From Neolecta irregularis DAH-3 (taxonomy: Eukaryota), in assembly GCA_001929475.1 (NCBI GenBank), contig LXFE01004208.1, forward strand, positions 1-51,136: a stretch of DNA of 51,136 bases, written 5' to 3'. The translations under genes and the position numbers were made by a program. The stretch's first letter is position 1, and every line of letters begins with the position of its first letter. Below, piece by piece: positions 10,304-23,818 of this stretch. Below the pieces are notes generated by a model. The model did not search any database. It saw nothing but the letters and a program-made list of their open reading frames with translations, and had not been told where the DNA came from.

Positions 10304-12146
10304 TCATGCTGTAATTTTCCCCACAAAGGCGTTAAAATTGTACTTTTCAATCGAGTTTGAAATCTCAACATCGCCTATCCCAGATATCGTTACTCCCGAA
10401 CTGTCCCCGACAAATTCTATAACTTGTTTGCCTTCTTCAAAAGGCAGATTTAAAACTTGCAGACCTGCTTTGACCTCTGTGCAATTCCATGTCGAGCCAG
10501 TTGTAACTGTAAGTTTCCCAGGTTCTTTCAACAGTGCGATAACAATGATATCATCAGATGCGTTGTCTGCGTTTTCAGGGAGACCAAAAGGATCGTTTTG
10601 TGCTGTCGCGGATTTACTATGTGTTCGGTACCAATAGTAAATTTCGTTGAACTCGATGACTGGTTGAGAGCCGGATTTATACCATTGGATATAATACTTT
10701 GCTAAATCGCACCAAATGGAATGATCAAATCCTGTCACGAATTCTTCCGAACCTTGAGGGAGAGATCCTCGGATGTCGGAGACGTATGTCGATTCTCCAT
10801 AGTCATTCCAGGTAATTATTTCTGTAAATATCTGAGAGCTTTCAATTATTTCCATCCATCGTTCATGAAAAAGAAGCTCTGAAGGATAAATCCAGTTCTT
10901 TGATGAAAGGTGAGTGAAGAACCACGGCGACCAACCTAATCGTTAGCCAAACATGACAAAACCAAATAGACCAACCAGACATATAAGTCTTTTGAGTCTT
11001 TAATGACAAAGAAGTATATTTTTCATCAAGTCGAGAGATCTTATTGGTCCAAGCATCCCAGCTGAATGCACCATCGACAAAAGGCATGCTATAAATCTCT
11101 GTAGCATCCATCGCTGTCCAACAAGGAATAAAATAAATTGACAATCCATCGTTCTCCAAGGGATCGATAAATGCAGTTTTCCAACCACTTCTAACATTAT
11201 TCGATCCAAACATCTGATCTTGACCGGAAAAAGTACTGACGAATACCTGATTTTGATATAAAAAGTATGAAGAGTCGGATGCGTATTTCTTTACATAGCC
11301 AACTAATTCTTCCGAAGAATTCATCACCGACATGTCGAAACTGAAAAATAACCGAACATTAAATGATTTGGCGGCTTGGAAAAACGCTGATACGCGTGCA
11401 GGCATCCATTCGTCTGGTCCGAGATTTAATGCAAAAGCATCGATACCCATATTCATCGCTCGATGTAGATCTGTCCTGAAATCTTCTTCCGTATAAGAAT
11501 ATACATTGCCCATCATGAAATGAGCAAAGACATATCGTTTCTGTTTTTCTGCATAACCATCAGAAGACGACGAAGAACTCGAAGATAAAGAGGAAGAAAT
11601 GGTGGAGCGACGAACAGAGTTTGTGGCTAACGTCGTTGCTATCTGCGTAGAAGAACTAATCAAGCTTGCAATTGTTTGTTTTATTGGAATAGACATACTC
11701 GAGGGTTCAGTAATGATTGCAATATTTGATGGAGAAAGAGTGAAGGGTGTCTGGGTACCGAAATTTTGGGACACGGGTAATGTTAAATTAGGAACAGTGG
11801 TAGTAACAGGATTGGGTATAGTTGCTCGCGTGGGTGTCGGATTTGCATTGTTCGGCACGGGTCCAGTTGTCCTCTGAACAACTGTTTCGACAGGAGAATT
11901 TCTTTCCGCGATAGCAGTTGCATACACCGTCGAGTGATTGATGGTTTTGGTGCCACAGACTGAAGCGCGACTAGTGCTTGAAATAACTGGTGGTGTAATG
12001 GATTGTTGACTGAGCGAAAGACAGGCCGTAACAATGACTTGCACATCTATATTCTTTCGGTTCAAATGGAGATGATGTCGATGTCCAACTGGAAAAGCAA
12101 GTATAGTTTGCGTGAGTAGAAAAAAGAATGAATAGTAAATGGTCAT
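10304..12146 (-). CDS. agn1: Secreted glucan endo-1,3-alpha-glucosidase (GH71, mutanase/Agn1-like), 1 intron
   Basis: Signal peptide and S/T-rich region, then YVFAHFMMGN, GIDAFALN, FFSFDM, FVSTFSG, SPWFFTH, KNWIY, EIITWNDYGESTY, YYWYR.H, YNFNAFVG. Intron ~10936-10975. Confidence 0.92.
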
Positions 12147-13279
12147 CTCGAATGACCAAAGTACTTCAAAATGTGGGTTTGATTGCTATTGTATAGGGGA
12201 GGGAGGAAATGAGCGTGGGAATCTTCTTGAAGACAAACGGAAAAATCAAAGAAAGACGAAACGGTTGTAATGAACTGGTTCTTTAGGATCAGGTATTATT
12301 TAAAGACCGAGACAGAAGTTTTTTCTGGTCAATGGTGCCGAGATAGGATGGTTGCCGAAGGGACGGATGGACACCTCGAGACGGCTTCAAGGTAGTACAA
12401 ATATCGAGAGATAGAAGGTCCATATAGGCAGATATACCAATGTATGTCGAGGTTAGATATTGCCGAATGTCAATCTGGAACGGGGGCTTGAGTCGTGCAA
12501 GATGAATGAATGTATGTTTGTCAGGGATAAAAGTTGTTTCGAAATTTGGAGTTTCAGCAGCGCTAGTCTTTCGAAAGCGTTGCTTGAGAATCACAATAAT
12601 TAGAGGTCTGTTGCATACTCCACTCTTTTTATTGGCGCCCCTAATCTGTCTCGCTTCTTTTCCACGCAGCCGATTTCAAATAGGCTGCTGCAGCCTGCAC
12701 CTAGGAAACCCTCTCTGACGTGTCCGATTCCATTGCCAGTGCTTATCATACTTTATTTAATAGCAATGGCTACGAAGCTGATCTTCCCATTCATCCGCGG
12801 GTTCTCAAATAATTTGGGAGTCTCAAAGGCGATAAAAACTATGAAAAGGGAAAAATGTAAGGAAAACTAGCGCCCCGCGGAACGAGGCGTGGGCCCTCGG
12901 GGTGCCAGGTCAAACAAACACACCACCAGAATAATGCGAATCACTCTTTCCAGCACGACTATCCTTTTTAAGCTCTGCCGATAGATACAACCGCGATCCG
13001 TATCCGTAAATGAGGTAGCAGCGGGATTTTGGTGCCGTAGCCAGTGGAGCGAATTCCGTGGATATGGTACAACCAAGTAGCCGGAGCTCCCATTTGCGAG
13101 TTTCCATGCGGTCTAGCCAGATCAGCACAGAACAGCATGGAAAGAGAATAGCGCTGTAGCCGCAATAGGCCGCCTGCATTGCCTGATTTTGCTTTCCGCA
13201 CTTTTCGCTTCGTCTTCTTTTGTCTTGATCGTCTTTCTCTCGTCCCGCCGCCTTTCGACATACACTGCTTGTTGTCTGC

Positions 13280-16200
13280 ATGCGTTGCATCTCCATTCTC
13301 CATGTCCTGCTGCCGCTGTCAGCTTACGCAGCAAGATACAGCGCCGATCAGGTTCAGTACAATCTTAACACCAACAAATCTGCCACCGAGGTCCTTGACT
13401 ACTACGGAAAGTGGGAAGGCCATACCTTCTACCCCTCTCCCGACAATTGGCGCTTTCCTATATATACAATCATCTTGGACAAATGGGTCGATGGTGATCC
13501 CCGCAACAACGACGCTGACGGCACCGTGTACGAATACGATCCATATGAAACACAGTTCCGGCACGGAGGCGATGCAACTGGCTTGAAGAATAGCTTGGAT
13601 TATCTCCAGGGGATGGGAATCAAAGTGGGCATTGTAACGTGTACAAGACTAAATTGAAAGGGTATTTACGTAGCTGGAACTTTTTACCTTCAACAACCTT
13701 GGCAAGCTGATCAATACTCCGTATAGCTCACGCGCAAAGCAAATGTAACTAATATAGCCACTCGACTTTACTCTTCTGGATCCACACCTAGGAGGAATAG
13801 ATGAATGGAGGGCTCTCATCGATGAGATACACTCTCGCGGAATGTACTTTATTACTGATATGACAGTTGCAACGTACGTTTGTGTGACTGGCACTCTAAC
13901 TCTCAGATTGGGTGACCTTGTCGGGTTTCAAGGCTATCTTAATACCTCTACGCCTTTCTCCTTGAATGAACATAAAGCACAATGGAAAACATTAAAAGAA
14001 TACCCGGATTTTCACTTCAATAATGAATATAATGAATCCTGCACATACCCAGATTTTTGGGGCGACGATGGTGAACGTGTTTATGACTCTGAAATTTCTG
14101 GTCGGAAAGGGTGTTACGAGAGGTATGCTTTTCTTTTCAAACTCTGAGCCTAATGTTGCAGTGACTTTGATCAATATGGAGACACGGAAGCTTTCGGTGT
14201 ATATCCGGATTGGCAACGTCAATTATCCAAATTCGCGTCTGTCCAGGATCGTCTTAGAGATTGGAAACCAACAGTTGCAGCCAAACTTCAACATCTAGCA
14301 TGTCTTGCTATTCTCATGCTCGATGTCGATGGGTTTCGAATTGACAAAGCTACGCAAATGACGGTCGACTTCATGGCAGATTGGGCTAGTTCTGTTCGAG
14401 ATTGCGCAAAGTCCGTTGGAAAAGAAAACATTTACATTCCTGGAGAAATAACTGGAGGTGATTACTTTGGTGCAATCTATCTCGGTCGAGGTCGAGAACC
14501 AAGTCAACGTCCAGCGGGAAATGACTCGCTACTCACGGCAATGACAATGACGGGGAATTCGTCCCAGGATCAATATTTCCTTCGAAAGAAAGGTCACAAC
14601 GGTCTTGATTCGACAGCTTTTTCATATACAACTTATCGCGCACTTACTCGTTTCCTGCATATGGACGGTAATCTCCAAGTGGCGTACGATCTTCCCGTAG
14701 ATTTCGCAGAATCATGGAACTTGATGTCTGTCAATGACGATTTTGTGAACCCAAATACTGATGTCATCGATCCAAAACATATGTTTGGTTTGACTAATCA
14801 CGATGTCTTTCGATGGGCTGCACTGGCAGACGGTCAACCACGACAAATCCTTGGTTCAATGATCACAACTATCATGTTTCCTGGAATATCGCTTGTTTAT
14901 TACGGCGAAGAGCAAGCTCTATATCTCTTCGACTCGACTGCAGACAATTATCTCTTCGGTCGACAGCCCATAGTCTCCAGCATCGCGTGGCAAACTCATG
15001 GTTGCTACGCCATGGGTTCGTCTCAATATTTCAACATGCCTGTGGAACCCGCTCGAAATGGTTGCTATGACGACTGGAATTCTCTCGATCATCGTGATCC
15101 AGCTGCGGAAAGTCGAGTTATCTTGAAGCAAATGTATGAATTACGATCCGCTTATCCTTCACTGAATGATGGGTTCAACTTTTATAAAATTCGGAATTGG
15201 ACAGTCGATCTGCAACTTCCCGGATCGAATGGAGTTCCCACAACAACAGGGCTCTGGAGCGTTGTCCGAGGTCCTTTTGATGGTGTCCAAAATTTCTACA
15301 ACAATGCGGGAAATACCAAAGTTTGGGTCTTGTACACCAATCTTGATTCGAGCAAACAATACGAATTTATTTGCAACAGTGCAGATGCAATCGTTAGCCC
15401 ATTTATCAGCGGAACAACTGTCAAAAATCTATTCTGGCCACATGATGAATATACTCTTGCAGATTCAACGGTTTCTTTCTATAAGAACAGCTCCAAGCCT
15501 TATTCTGGGTGTCTTGATAAAATCTTTATGGACCCTTGGAGCTTCAAAGCTTTTGTTCCAAAAGTTAACTTTGTACCGCGACATCCAACTGTAACTGGAT
15601 TTTTACCGGGTCACGATGCCAGATTGAACAATAGCAACACGGTCGACATAGAGATAAAATTTTCCCAAGAAATGGACTGTAAAGGAATATCTTCAGTTCT
15701 ACATCTCGCTTATCGAATTATGGATACGTCAAGAACTCCAACATTTGGAATAGCGAGTTGTGAGACATATACAAACGCGACTCAGCCAAAACTATTCGCG
15801 GCTCCAGGAAGCTCTTTTGTTTGGCGAAACACAATTTCAGACGTCGCCGATGGAATTTATTCCCTCACATTACGAAATGCAAGTAATCTGGCTGGAACAG
15901 ACTGGACGTACGCTAATGATACCTTCTTGCTTCGAATCGGCAACATTGATAATCCTCTCGTCCATACCAGAATTGCCAACTACTCGAAGGACCTATTATC
16001 GAGGAACTCTGATGGTAAATTGCAAATCAAGAAAAACGCTGCCGGGGCCGATCTGTTTCGCTATTCGCTTGATTTTTTCAGCTCATGGACAAACTGGTTA
16101 GAATATCCAAATGGAACTGATCCTATTGCTCTCAACGAAACTCATTGGACGGGAACTTCAGCGCAAGCTTGGGAAGGCACGCATGTTGTTGTTCAGGTAA

Positions 16201-19200
16201 TTATATGCCTCTATATTGTTTTGATCTGCCAGTATTACTCTTTTCTCTCCGGTTCATCGTCCCATATTCAGCACGCCGATCTCGATCTTCCCGAAATGTA
16301 TCCATATCGACGATTCCCACATCTTTGGCTCAATGGACCCTTTAACAAATTTGGATACGATCAAGGTTTAAATAACAAGTTTCATTACGGAGCAGACGGC
16401 AAATGGAGATACGATTTTATGGCGGACTGGGATTCGGGTCCAACTTTTCAAATGAATGTTTGGAATATTAATCCTGACGCTCGACCTGACGTTGCTTTTG
16501 TTTACGGAGATACAGACCTAGATGGAATAATAGATCGTTTACCTCCTTCTGCTCTTGGTATCTCATCCTTTATACCATGAACTCATTAGATCAGCTAGTA
16601 ACCTCATGACGATTACCCATGGTCCAGAAAGTCCTTACCTCTCATGGCAGATTGTTCTTGATGATGCCACAAGACGATGGACAAAGGTTGGGAAAGGAAG
16701 TCGAACGCTCTCGCTCATATTTTTCATTGGTTTATTTATTATCCCCGTTTTTACAGGGGCTCTTGCCGCTTGGACTTTTATGGGCTCCTTTTATGCTGTC
16801 AAATTCAATAAACATGGGAAACCGATTCGACGAAACTTCATTCCTCTCGAGCCGCTCAAAGGCCTCTTCGGAATGAAGGGTTCTTCAGGCGAAAAAATTA
16901 AAAAGTATGATAGCGTTTCTCCTTCCACGCCTGGTATGATCGCATCGTCCTATATCCCGACAAGTGCAGCTGGCGGTGTCCTTGATCCTAATAGAAGACG
17001 TAGAAGTGTTCTAATCGCTACTCTTGAGTATGACATTACGGATTGGGCAATCAAGATAAAGATTGGAGGCTTAGGTGTCATGGCTCAGCTAATGAGTAAA
17101 AATCTTCCCCACGAAGATCTTATTTGGGTTGTACCGAAAGTCGGGAATGTAGAATACCCTCAAGCCGATCCATTGCCGCCAATGGAAGTGAAAATTCTCG
17201 ATCACGTTTATCAAATCGATGTTCAGTGTCACCAGTTAAATAATATCAAGTATGTTATACTCGACGCTCCGGTATTCAGACGACAGACTTCATCTGATCC
17301 ATACCCTGCTCGGATGGATGATCTTGAATCCGCTATTTTCTACTCTGCGTGGAATCAATGTATTGCTGAAACAATACGTCGTTATCCGATTGATATCTAT
17401 CATATCAATGACTATCATGGTGCCCTTGCTCCTCTCTACCTTCTTCCAAATGTCGTTCCTTGCGCGTTATCCCTTCACAATGCAGAGTTCCAGGGCCTCT
17501 GGCCTCTTCGAACCGCTGCTGAAAAAGAGGAAGTGTGCTCGGTTTTCAACATTAGTGAAAGCGTGTGTCGAAGATATGTTCAGTTTGGCAATGTATTCAA
17601 CCTACTTCATGCCGGAGCTTCATTTCTTCGTATTCATCAACAGGGATTTGGCTCTGTCGGTGTGTCTACCAAGTACGGGAAACGATCATGGGCTCGGTAT
17701 CCTATTTTTTGGGGATTAAGCAAAATCGGCAACCTACCGAATCCAGATCCTTCTGATACTGGAAAACCTGATGACGAATCGACTGTTGCTTCGAACAAGA
17801 AGAATGATGCTATTGACATGGAAGCGGAAGCAAAACGAACCGAGTTCAAGGCCCAGGCTCAAGATTGGGCGGGCCTCGATGTCAACCCGGAAGCTGATCT
17901 TCTCGTGTTTGTCGGGCGATGGTCTATGCAAAAGGGCATAGATTTGATTGCTGATATTGCGCCATCAATTTTGGAAGAGTACAACTGTCAACTCATTACC
18001 GTTGGTCCTGTTATCGATCTCTATGGACGGTTTGCGGCCGAAAAATTCGACAAGTTAATGAAAAAATATCCTGGGAAAGTATTTTCGAAACCTGAGTTTA
18101 CTCAGTTGCCGCCCTATATCTTTAGGTATGTCACTAATTGTGGTATTATCTTCTAACCTTTTAGTGGAGCCGACTTTGCCCTTATACCTTCCAGAGATGA
18201 GCCTTTTGGATTGGTCGCGGTAGAATTTGGCCGAAAAGGTGCTCTTGGCATTGGAGGTTTGCGCTATTGCCGATTCAACCTTACTTTCTAGCCCGTGTCG
18301 GCGGCCTCGGTGCCATGCCCGGTTGGTGGTTTACCGTTGAATCCAGTGCAACTCAACATATGATTGCCCAGTTTGAGGCCGCCTGCCACGAAGCATTAAC
18401 GTCCCCCAAGGAAATACGAATGACGCTTCGAGCTCGATCCGCTAAGCAACGGTTTCCCGTAGCTGAATGGGTTCGAAAGATGGATGAGCTTCAATCCGAA
18501 TGCATTCGCTTACTTGAGAAAAACAAGAACAAGAAGAGTATCTTCGGTTCTTCAGTTTCGACTACAGACTTGACGAAGACCGATTCCCCACAGCCATCCA
18601 TTTTACAAACAGCACCTCTGTCATCTTCCGAAAGAGAGGAACTGATGATTATGAACAGCTCCTCAACGCCGAACATCTTGATCACCCCAGACAAACATCG
18701 CCTCGCCGAAGCAGAGAGTTTACCTGAGGCACTCCTGCCCAACCAACCTCTTGCAAACAAAAAAGGCAGCACCAGTCTTCAGCGAATGGGCTCTCATCTG
18801 GGTCCCGGTCATGTATCTAATAAACGAAACCGTGGTCACCGAAAAACAGAAACTAACCTCAACGCAATTGGAGAGATCGATGGCGATGAGTCAGCTACAG
18901 AATTTGATGAACCTCAAATTCCATGGGCTCCACATCGCACGTCTCAAGCTATGATATATGGGAACGACGAACGACCCCTGTCGGAATCTCAAGATCCAAA
19001 CAATTCATACTATCAGGTTGAATCCTCTCGAAGCAGCATTATCAGTTTTTACGAAGATGACTCCCCACCTCGGGATTCTCCATTTGGTCGACTTCAGAAT
19101 CAAAACAACCCTTATGGACTACAATTTAATTCTGGTCTCGGTCTGGATTCTCCAGCTCAAAGCCATCAAAGCATTTCATCCACGCCTAACGCCACAGATC

Positions 19201-21121
19201 AAAGTAAATTCCAAACTCGACCACTCCTTCTGGCCGGCCTTGGAAACCATGCCAACCAATCAGCACTCAGTCTAGCTACGGTCATGAGCGAAAAGAGTGA
19301 TTTTGCATTAAGCCATACAGTGGAGAATTTCACCGATGCCAATGGTAAGGTCTTGGAACAGTTCGCCCTTGCACTAGAAAATATTAACTCAAAAAACTCA
19401 AAAGGAGAACTGTGTATCGAGGAATACCTGATAAAAAGTGAAAAGGCTTTCTTCAACGATGTTCGTGCGAAGAAGCTGGGCTTTGGTGGGGATAAAAAGA
19501 TTACTGTTCACAAAGCGCCAAGCATATATTCTATTGATGGACCAGATTCGAGTCAATCACCATCTGGCTCTCATCGTAAGTATTCCTAACCCAAGTGATT
19601 TGTTGACTTACAGGTGCTTCCTTTTCTATAGAAGAGCCAATACTACCACTAAAACCACCGAGAGGTTTACAATTATTCATGCAACGCCGCCTGGGAGATT
19701 GGCCTTATTACAGTTTGCTCATGGCAGTCGTATATCACTGTTGGCTTCATTTCCTGACTCTCTAGGGGCAAATCTTTGCCGCTTCTTCATATCAATTGAC
19801 GCTACTGTCAGGTTCTGTAGCTACACCGGCCGCTATGGTATACGCCATCTGTATTATATATGCTATGGCCTCGATTATCTGGTGGCTTCTTTACCGTCGT
19901 CTTCCGGCTTATTATTGTCTTTCGATCCCTTTTATCGTGTACAGTGTGGCTTTCTTTCTCATTGGTCTACCTTTTTTCAGCATCTTCAACAGTACAAGAT
20001 CGGTCATGAACCATGTTGCTATGTGTATCTACGCATTCGCTTCTGCCTCCGGTTCTCTTTTCTTTGCCCTCAATTTCGGAGATGAAGGTTTTCGATTCAG
20101 TCAGTGATATTTTTGACCCCATAGGTGGTGCTCCCGTAAAAGAGTGGGTTTTTCGTGCATGCATGGTTCAGGGAACTCAGCAAATCTGGGCTGCTGCATT
20201 GTGGTATTGGGGATTCAAATATGATATCGATAGCTCGAGAGGAACATTATCGAAAAATACAACACTCGCCACACTTTGTATTACATGGCCTTTATCAATC
20301 CTTACATCCTCCGCAGCTTTGGCCATGTTCATTGGATTGCCTGAATACTATCGACAACTCCCGGGTAAAATTCCGTCATTCTATAGAGCTATTGCCAGAA
20401 GAAAGCTTGTCATCGTAATTGATTTCTTCGTTAATGCCTGATGATCTAGTGGTTCCTTATTGCCGTCGTTCTGCAAAATTATTGGCTATCTGGTCCTTAC
20501 GGGCTGAATTGGTCATTCTTATGGGAAAGTTCTTTGAAAGTTTGGCAGACTGTGGTACTGATTGCGGTGTTCTTTGGCGGTGTCTGGGGTTTCATGATGT
20601 TCATTCTCGGTCGTTTCTCAAAGACTCACTCATGGTTTATTCCGATTTTTGCCATTGGCCTCGGTGCGCCTCGATGGTGTCAAATACTTTGGGCCACTAG
20701 TGGTCTAGGACAGTGGGTTCCATGGGCTGGTACAGCAGGACCATTCGTTTCTCGTTCTTTGTGGCTATGGCTTGGTATTCTTGATGCAGTTCAAGGCATC
20801 GGCTTTGGCATGATGTTGCTACAGGTACTTTGGTTTCCTGCGAGTCTGACTAACAATGCATAGACACTTACGCGTGTCCATGTAGCGTTTTCTTTGGTGT
20901 TTGCTCAATTCGTCGGATCTATCACCGCAGTTTTAGCTCGAATAACTTCACCAAGCGCCATTGGCCCTGGTGATGTCTTTCCCAATTTTACAAACTGGCA
21001 ATTTGGCGATGGTTCTGGTCCATGGGGCAAGGCTTACTTTTGGATGGGATTGGCCTGTCAGCTCATAATTTGTGTTGGCTTTTTGCTTTTCTTCAGGAAG
21101 GAACAGCTCTCAAAACCGTAG
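13280..21121 (+). CDS. ags1: Cell-wall alpha-1,3-glucan synthase (Ags1/Mok family), ~12 introns
   Basis: Signal peptide; GH13-like extracellular domain ([20 protein letters not shown]); TM; GT5-like domain ([37 protein letters not shown]); C-terminal multi-TM domain ending FRKEQLSKP. Confidence 0.96.
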
Positions 21122-21445
21122 GTGGAAGCTTCGAAGCTGTCTGGTCGTTTTTATTGGAAATTTGAAGGAATTGCTCGTTCTTGTGTTTTGAATTCAGAAT
21201 ATACGTAGGAAACCGGAACAGGATATAAGGATTTTAAACTTTCAAAATCTAAAAAGTTTAATATGCTTAATGTTGTATGTGATATAGAGAGAATCAATAG
21301 AAGCGAGAAAGGACTTTTGCGGGAAGACAATATTTTTATTCCAATCTCACAGTCCGCATCTTTTCGTTATTAAAATCACTCTTCCTGCCCTTGCTTTGAT
21401 CAAGAGTATGTTGTGTTCATGAAGCTGACGGTAAAATCTTCTATT

Positions 21446-21577
21446 GACAAACCGTTAATTTAACCGGATCGTAATCTTGATTCATTTACAACATTTTGAA
21501 AGATATTTTCGGACAAACCGTTAATTTAACCGGATCGTAATCTTGATTCATTTACAACATTTTGAAAGATATCTTCG
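21446..21577 (+). repeat. Tandem duplication, 2 x 66 bp, one mismatch
   Basis: gacaaaccgttaatttaaccggatcg...gaaagatat(t/c)ttcg starts at 21446 and again at 21512. Confidence 0.95.
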
Positions 21578-21616
21578 TGTGAATGTGAAAAAAAGAGATG
21601 AAATGCTATTAGACAG

Positions 21617-23569
21617 TTAAGATTTTAATCGGTTCGCATTCTCTTTGAGTTTCCTTTCTTTATAGAAGACTGGCGTATGTCCCCACAAATCCTCCTTGTC
21701 CTCACATGATTCCCAAGCTTCACATACCTTACGAGCACCGAAAATCTCTATCCAATGGCTGATCTCTCTTCCCTCATCATCGCGAAGTTGACGAATTTCA
21801 ACACCAGCTAGTTCCCACACCTTGATAGCTGTAACATTGTCATCTTTCACGGCTCCTTTAACTTTTTCGATGATAAATAGCATTTCTTCTGGATGGAAAT
21901 GCGCTCCGTCTGAACGAAGAAGTTGAATGATAGAATTTTGCCCTCGTTCAGATGCCAAAAAGAGAGGCGAATGGCCTGTCCGGGTTCGTAAGTGAACACT
22001 TGCACCGAGACTGAGTAGTTTCCTGACCATTGGTTCGTCAAATAAGGATATAGAAAGGCACTGAAGTAAGTCTAATCGAAAGCTTCAGCAAGTACCAAGG
22101 GAGTCAAGCCACTCTCATCCAAAACGTTTATCTCATTTTCATCTACACTGGTCCCACTTTCAGCAGCTTCAATGTCACCTGCCTTAACAGCTTCCCAGAG
22201 CGACTGCGCAGGAGCTCTAAATCGTGGCGTTGCTTGGGTAATGGTCATTTCTCCACGAATACTATTCTTCATATACTTCCGAATTGTTGACACGTCATTT
22301 GGATACTTCCCGAGAAGATAAGATAATTTCGTAAGAGCTGCTTCGAGAGTAAGATCGTATCCACAGAGCACACCAGCTCGTTGCAGTTCAATTCCAGAGG
22401 CATAAAATGCATTTACGGAACCAGATTTACCTAAGCGTTCAGACTTTGTAAATAATATGGGATTACATTGAGTACAATTCACAATCACGATTCGATCTTT
22501 CACATCTTGCATCGCTTTAAAGAGTTCATTATTTTGAGGCGTATTTCCGGTACCGAATGTTTCCAAAACAAGGCCTTTTATACCGCTAGAAAGAAGTGAG
22601 GAAATCATAGAGACTTCCATTCCGGGGAACAAGCGAAGAGATGCGACAGCTCCAGATAAAACTGACTGAACCCGGAAAGGGGATAAGGCCTGGGGCCGTA
22701 AAATTAAATGCCATTTCGGATCTAGCACTTTAGTCGCGGTGAACAATCCGAAAAATATTACTTATCGTAACTGATTGGGGAATAAGACATGGGAAATTGG
22801 GACTTTCGAAAGCGGAGAAGGCCGTCGAGCTGATTTTCGTAACACTTGCCATTAGCGATGGGAATGGAGCATAACTATACCGATTTCCACGGAACAAAGT
22901 GTGATTGAAATAAACGCTGACTTCTGGAATAACAAAACTTCCGGTAATGATTAAAGATCCAAGCAGATTATTGACTGCATCGTTATACAATTGACTAAAT
23001 GGAATCTGGATGGTTGATAAAAAGCATTTTAACAGTAGGCTCACTTGTGATCCAGTCAAGATAATTGTTTTTCCAAGGTTCTCCAACATGTAACTTAACG
23101 CGCTGCTGGTATATGCCATCGAATCGGTTCCATGCAAAATGATAAAAGCATCAAACCACTGATAATTGTCTTCGATAGTCGTTGCCATGGAAACCCAGTC
23201 TTATATCTGCTCAGTCTAAGTATATAAAGATACTTTTGTATACCATCATGTGTGATCGATGAACTATCCACTAGTTTGTCGTATTCCAGTATACAGTATT
23301 CGACTTTTCGACCATATGCGTTTAAAGGTGTCGATAACTTCTTGAGATTACGTTCTTCACCTTTGTGAAGAACCCGCAAAGTGGAATTCGAATATGGTGA
23401 TTCGTTGAAGGATGGGACTGAGGCAAGATAATTCTCGAGATAATGTGCTCTCTGCGATTAAGTGATGCATGAAAAGATGATCTACAGGGATATAGCCATT
23501 TGCAGATCTTTCCATGCCAATTGTACCTCCTGTGTATACACATAGCACGAATGTAGATGGTAAAGTCAT
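21617..23569 (-). CDS. Type I L-asparaginase / 60-kDa lysophospholipase with C-terminal ankyrin repeats, ~7 introns
   Basis: YTGGTIGM, LVDSSSI, HGTDSMAY, ILTGSQ, LFRGNR, LETFGTGN, DLTLEAALTKLSYL, then ankyrin motifs (GLTPL, GHSPLFLA, WGHTP). Confidence 0.9.
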
Positions 23570-23818
23570 CTGGGAAAGATCGGAGTAACAATAGGTGGAG
23601 ACGTGGTTTCTGAAACATTCCTGTATTCAACAATTTATCTGAGCGCGGAAATAATTATATCTGCTTCCATGATCACGTCGCAAAAATTGTTGGCTGACTG
23701 ATTAAAGTTGCCCCGAAATATAAAATATATTGGAAATATTCTAACAAGAGCCTGACGAAAAGATAAGCAGAAAATAGCCTTGCATACATTCCAATCTCCA
23801 AACTTGCCAAAAAGATTT

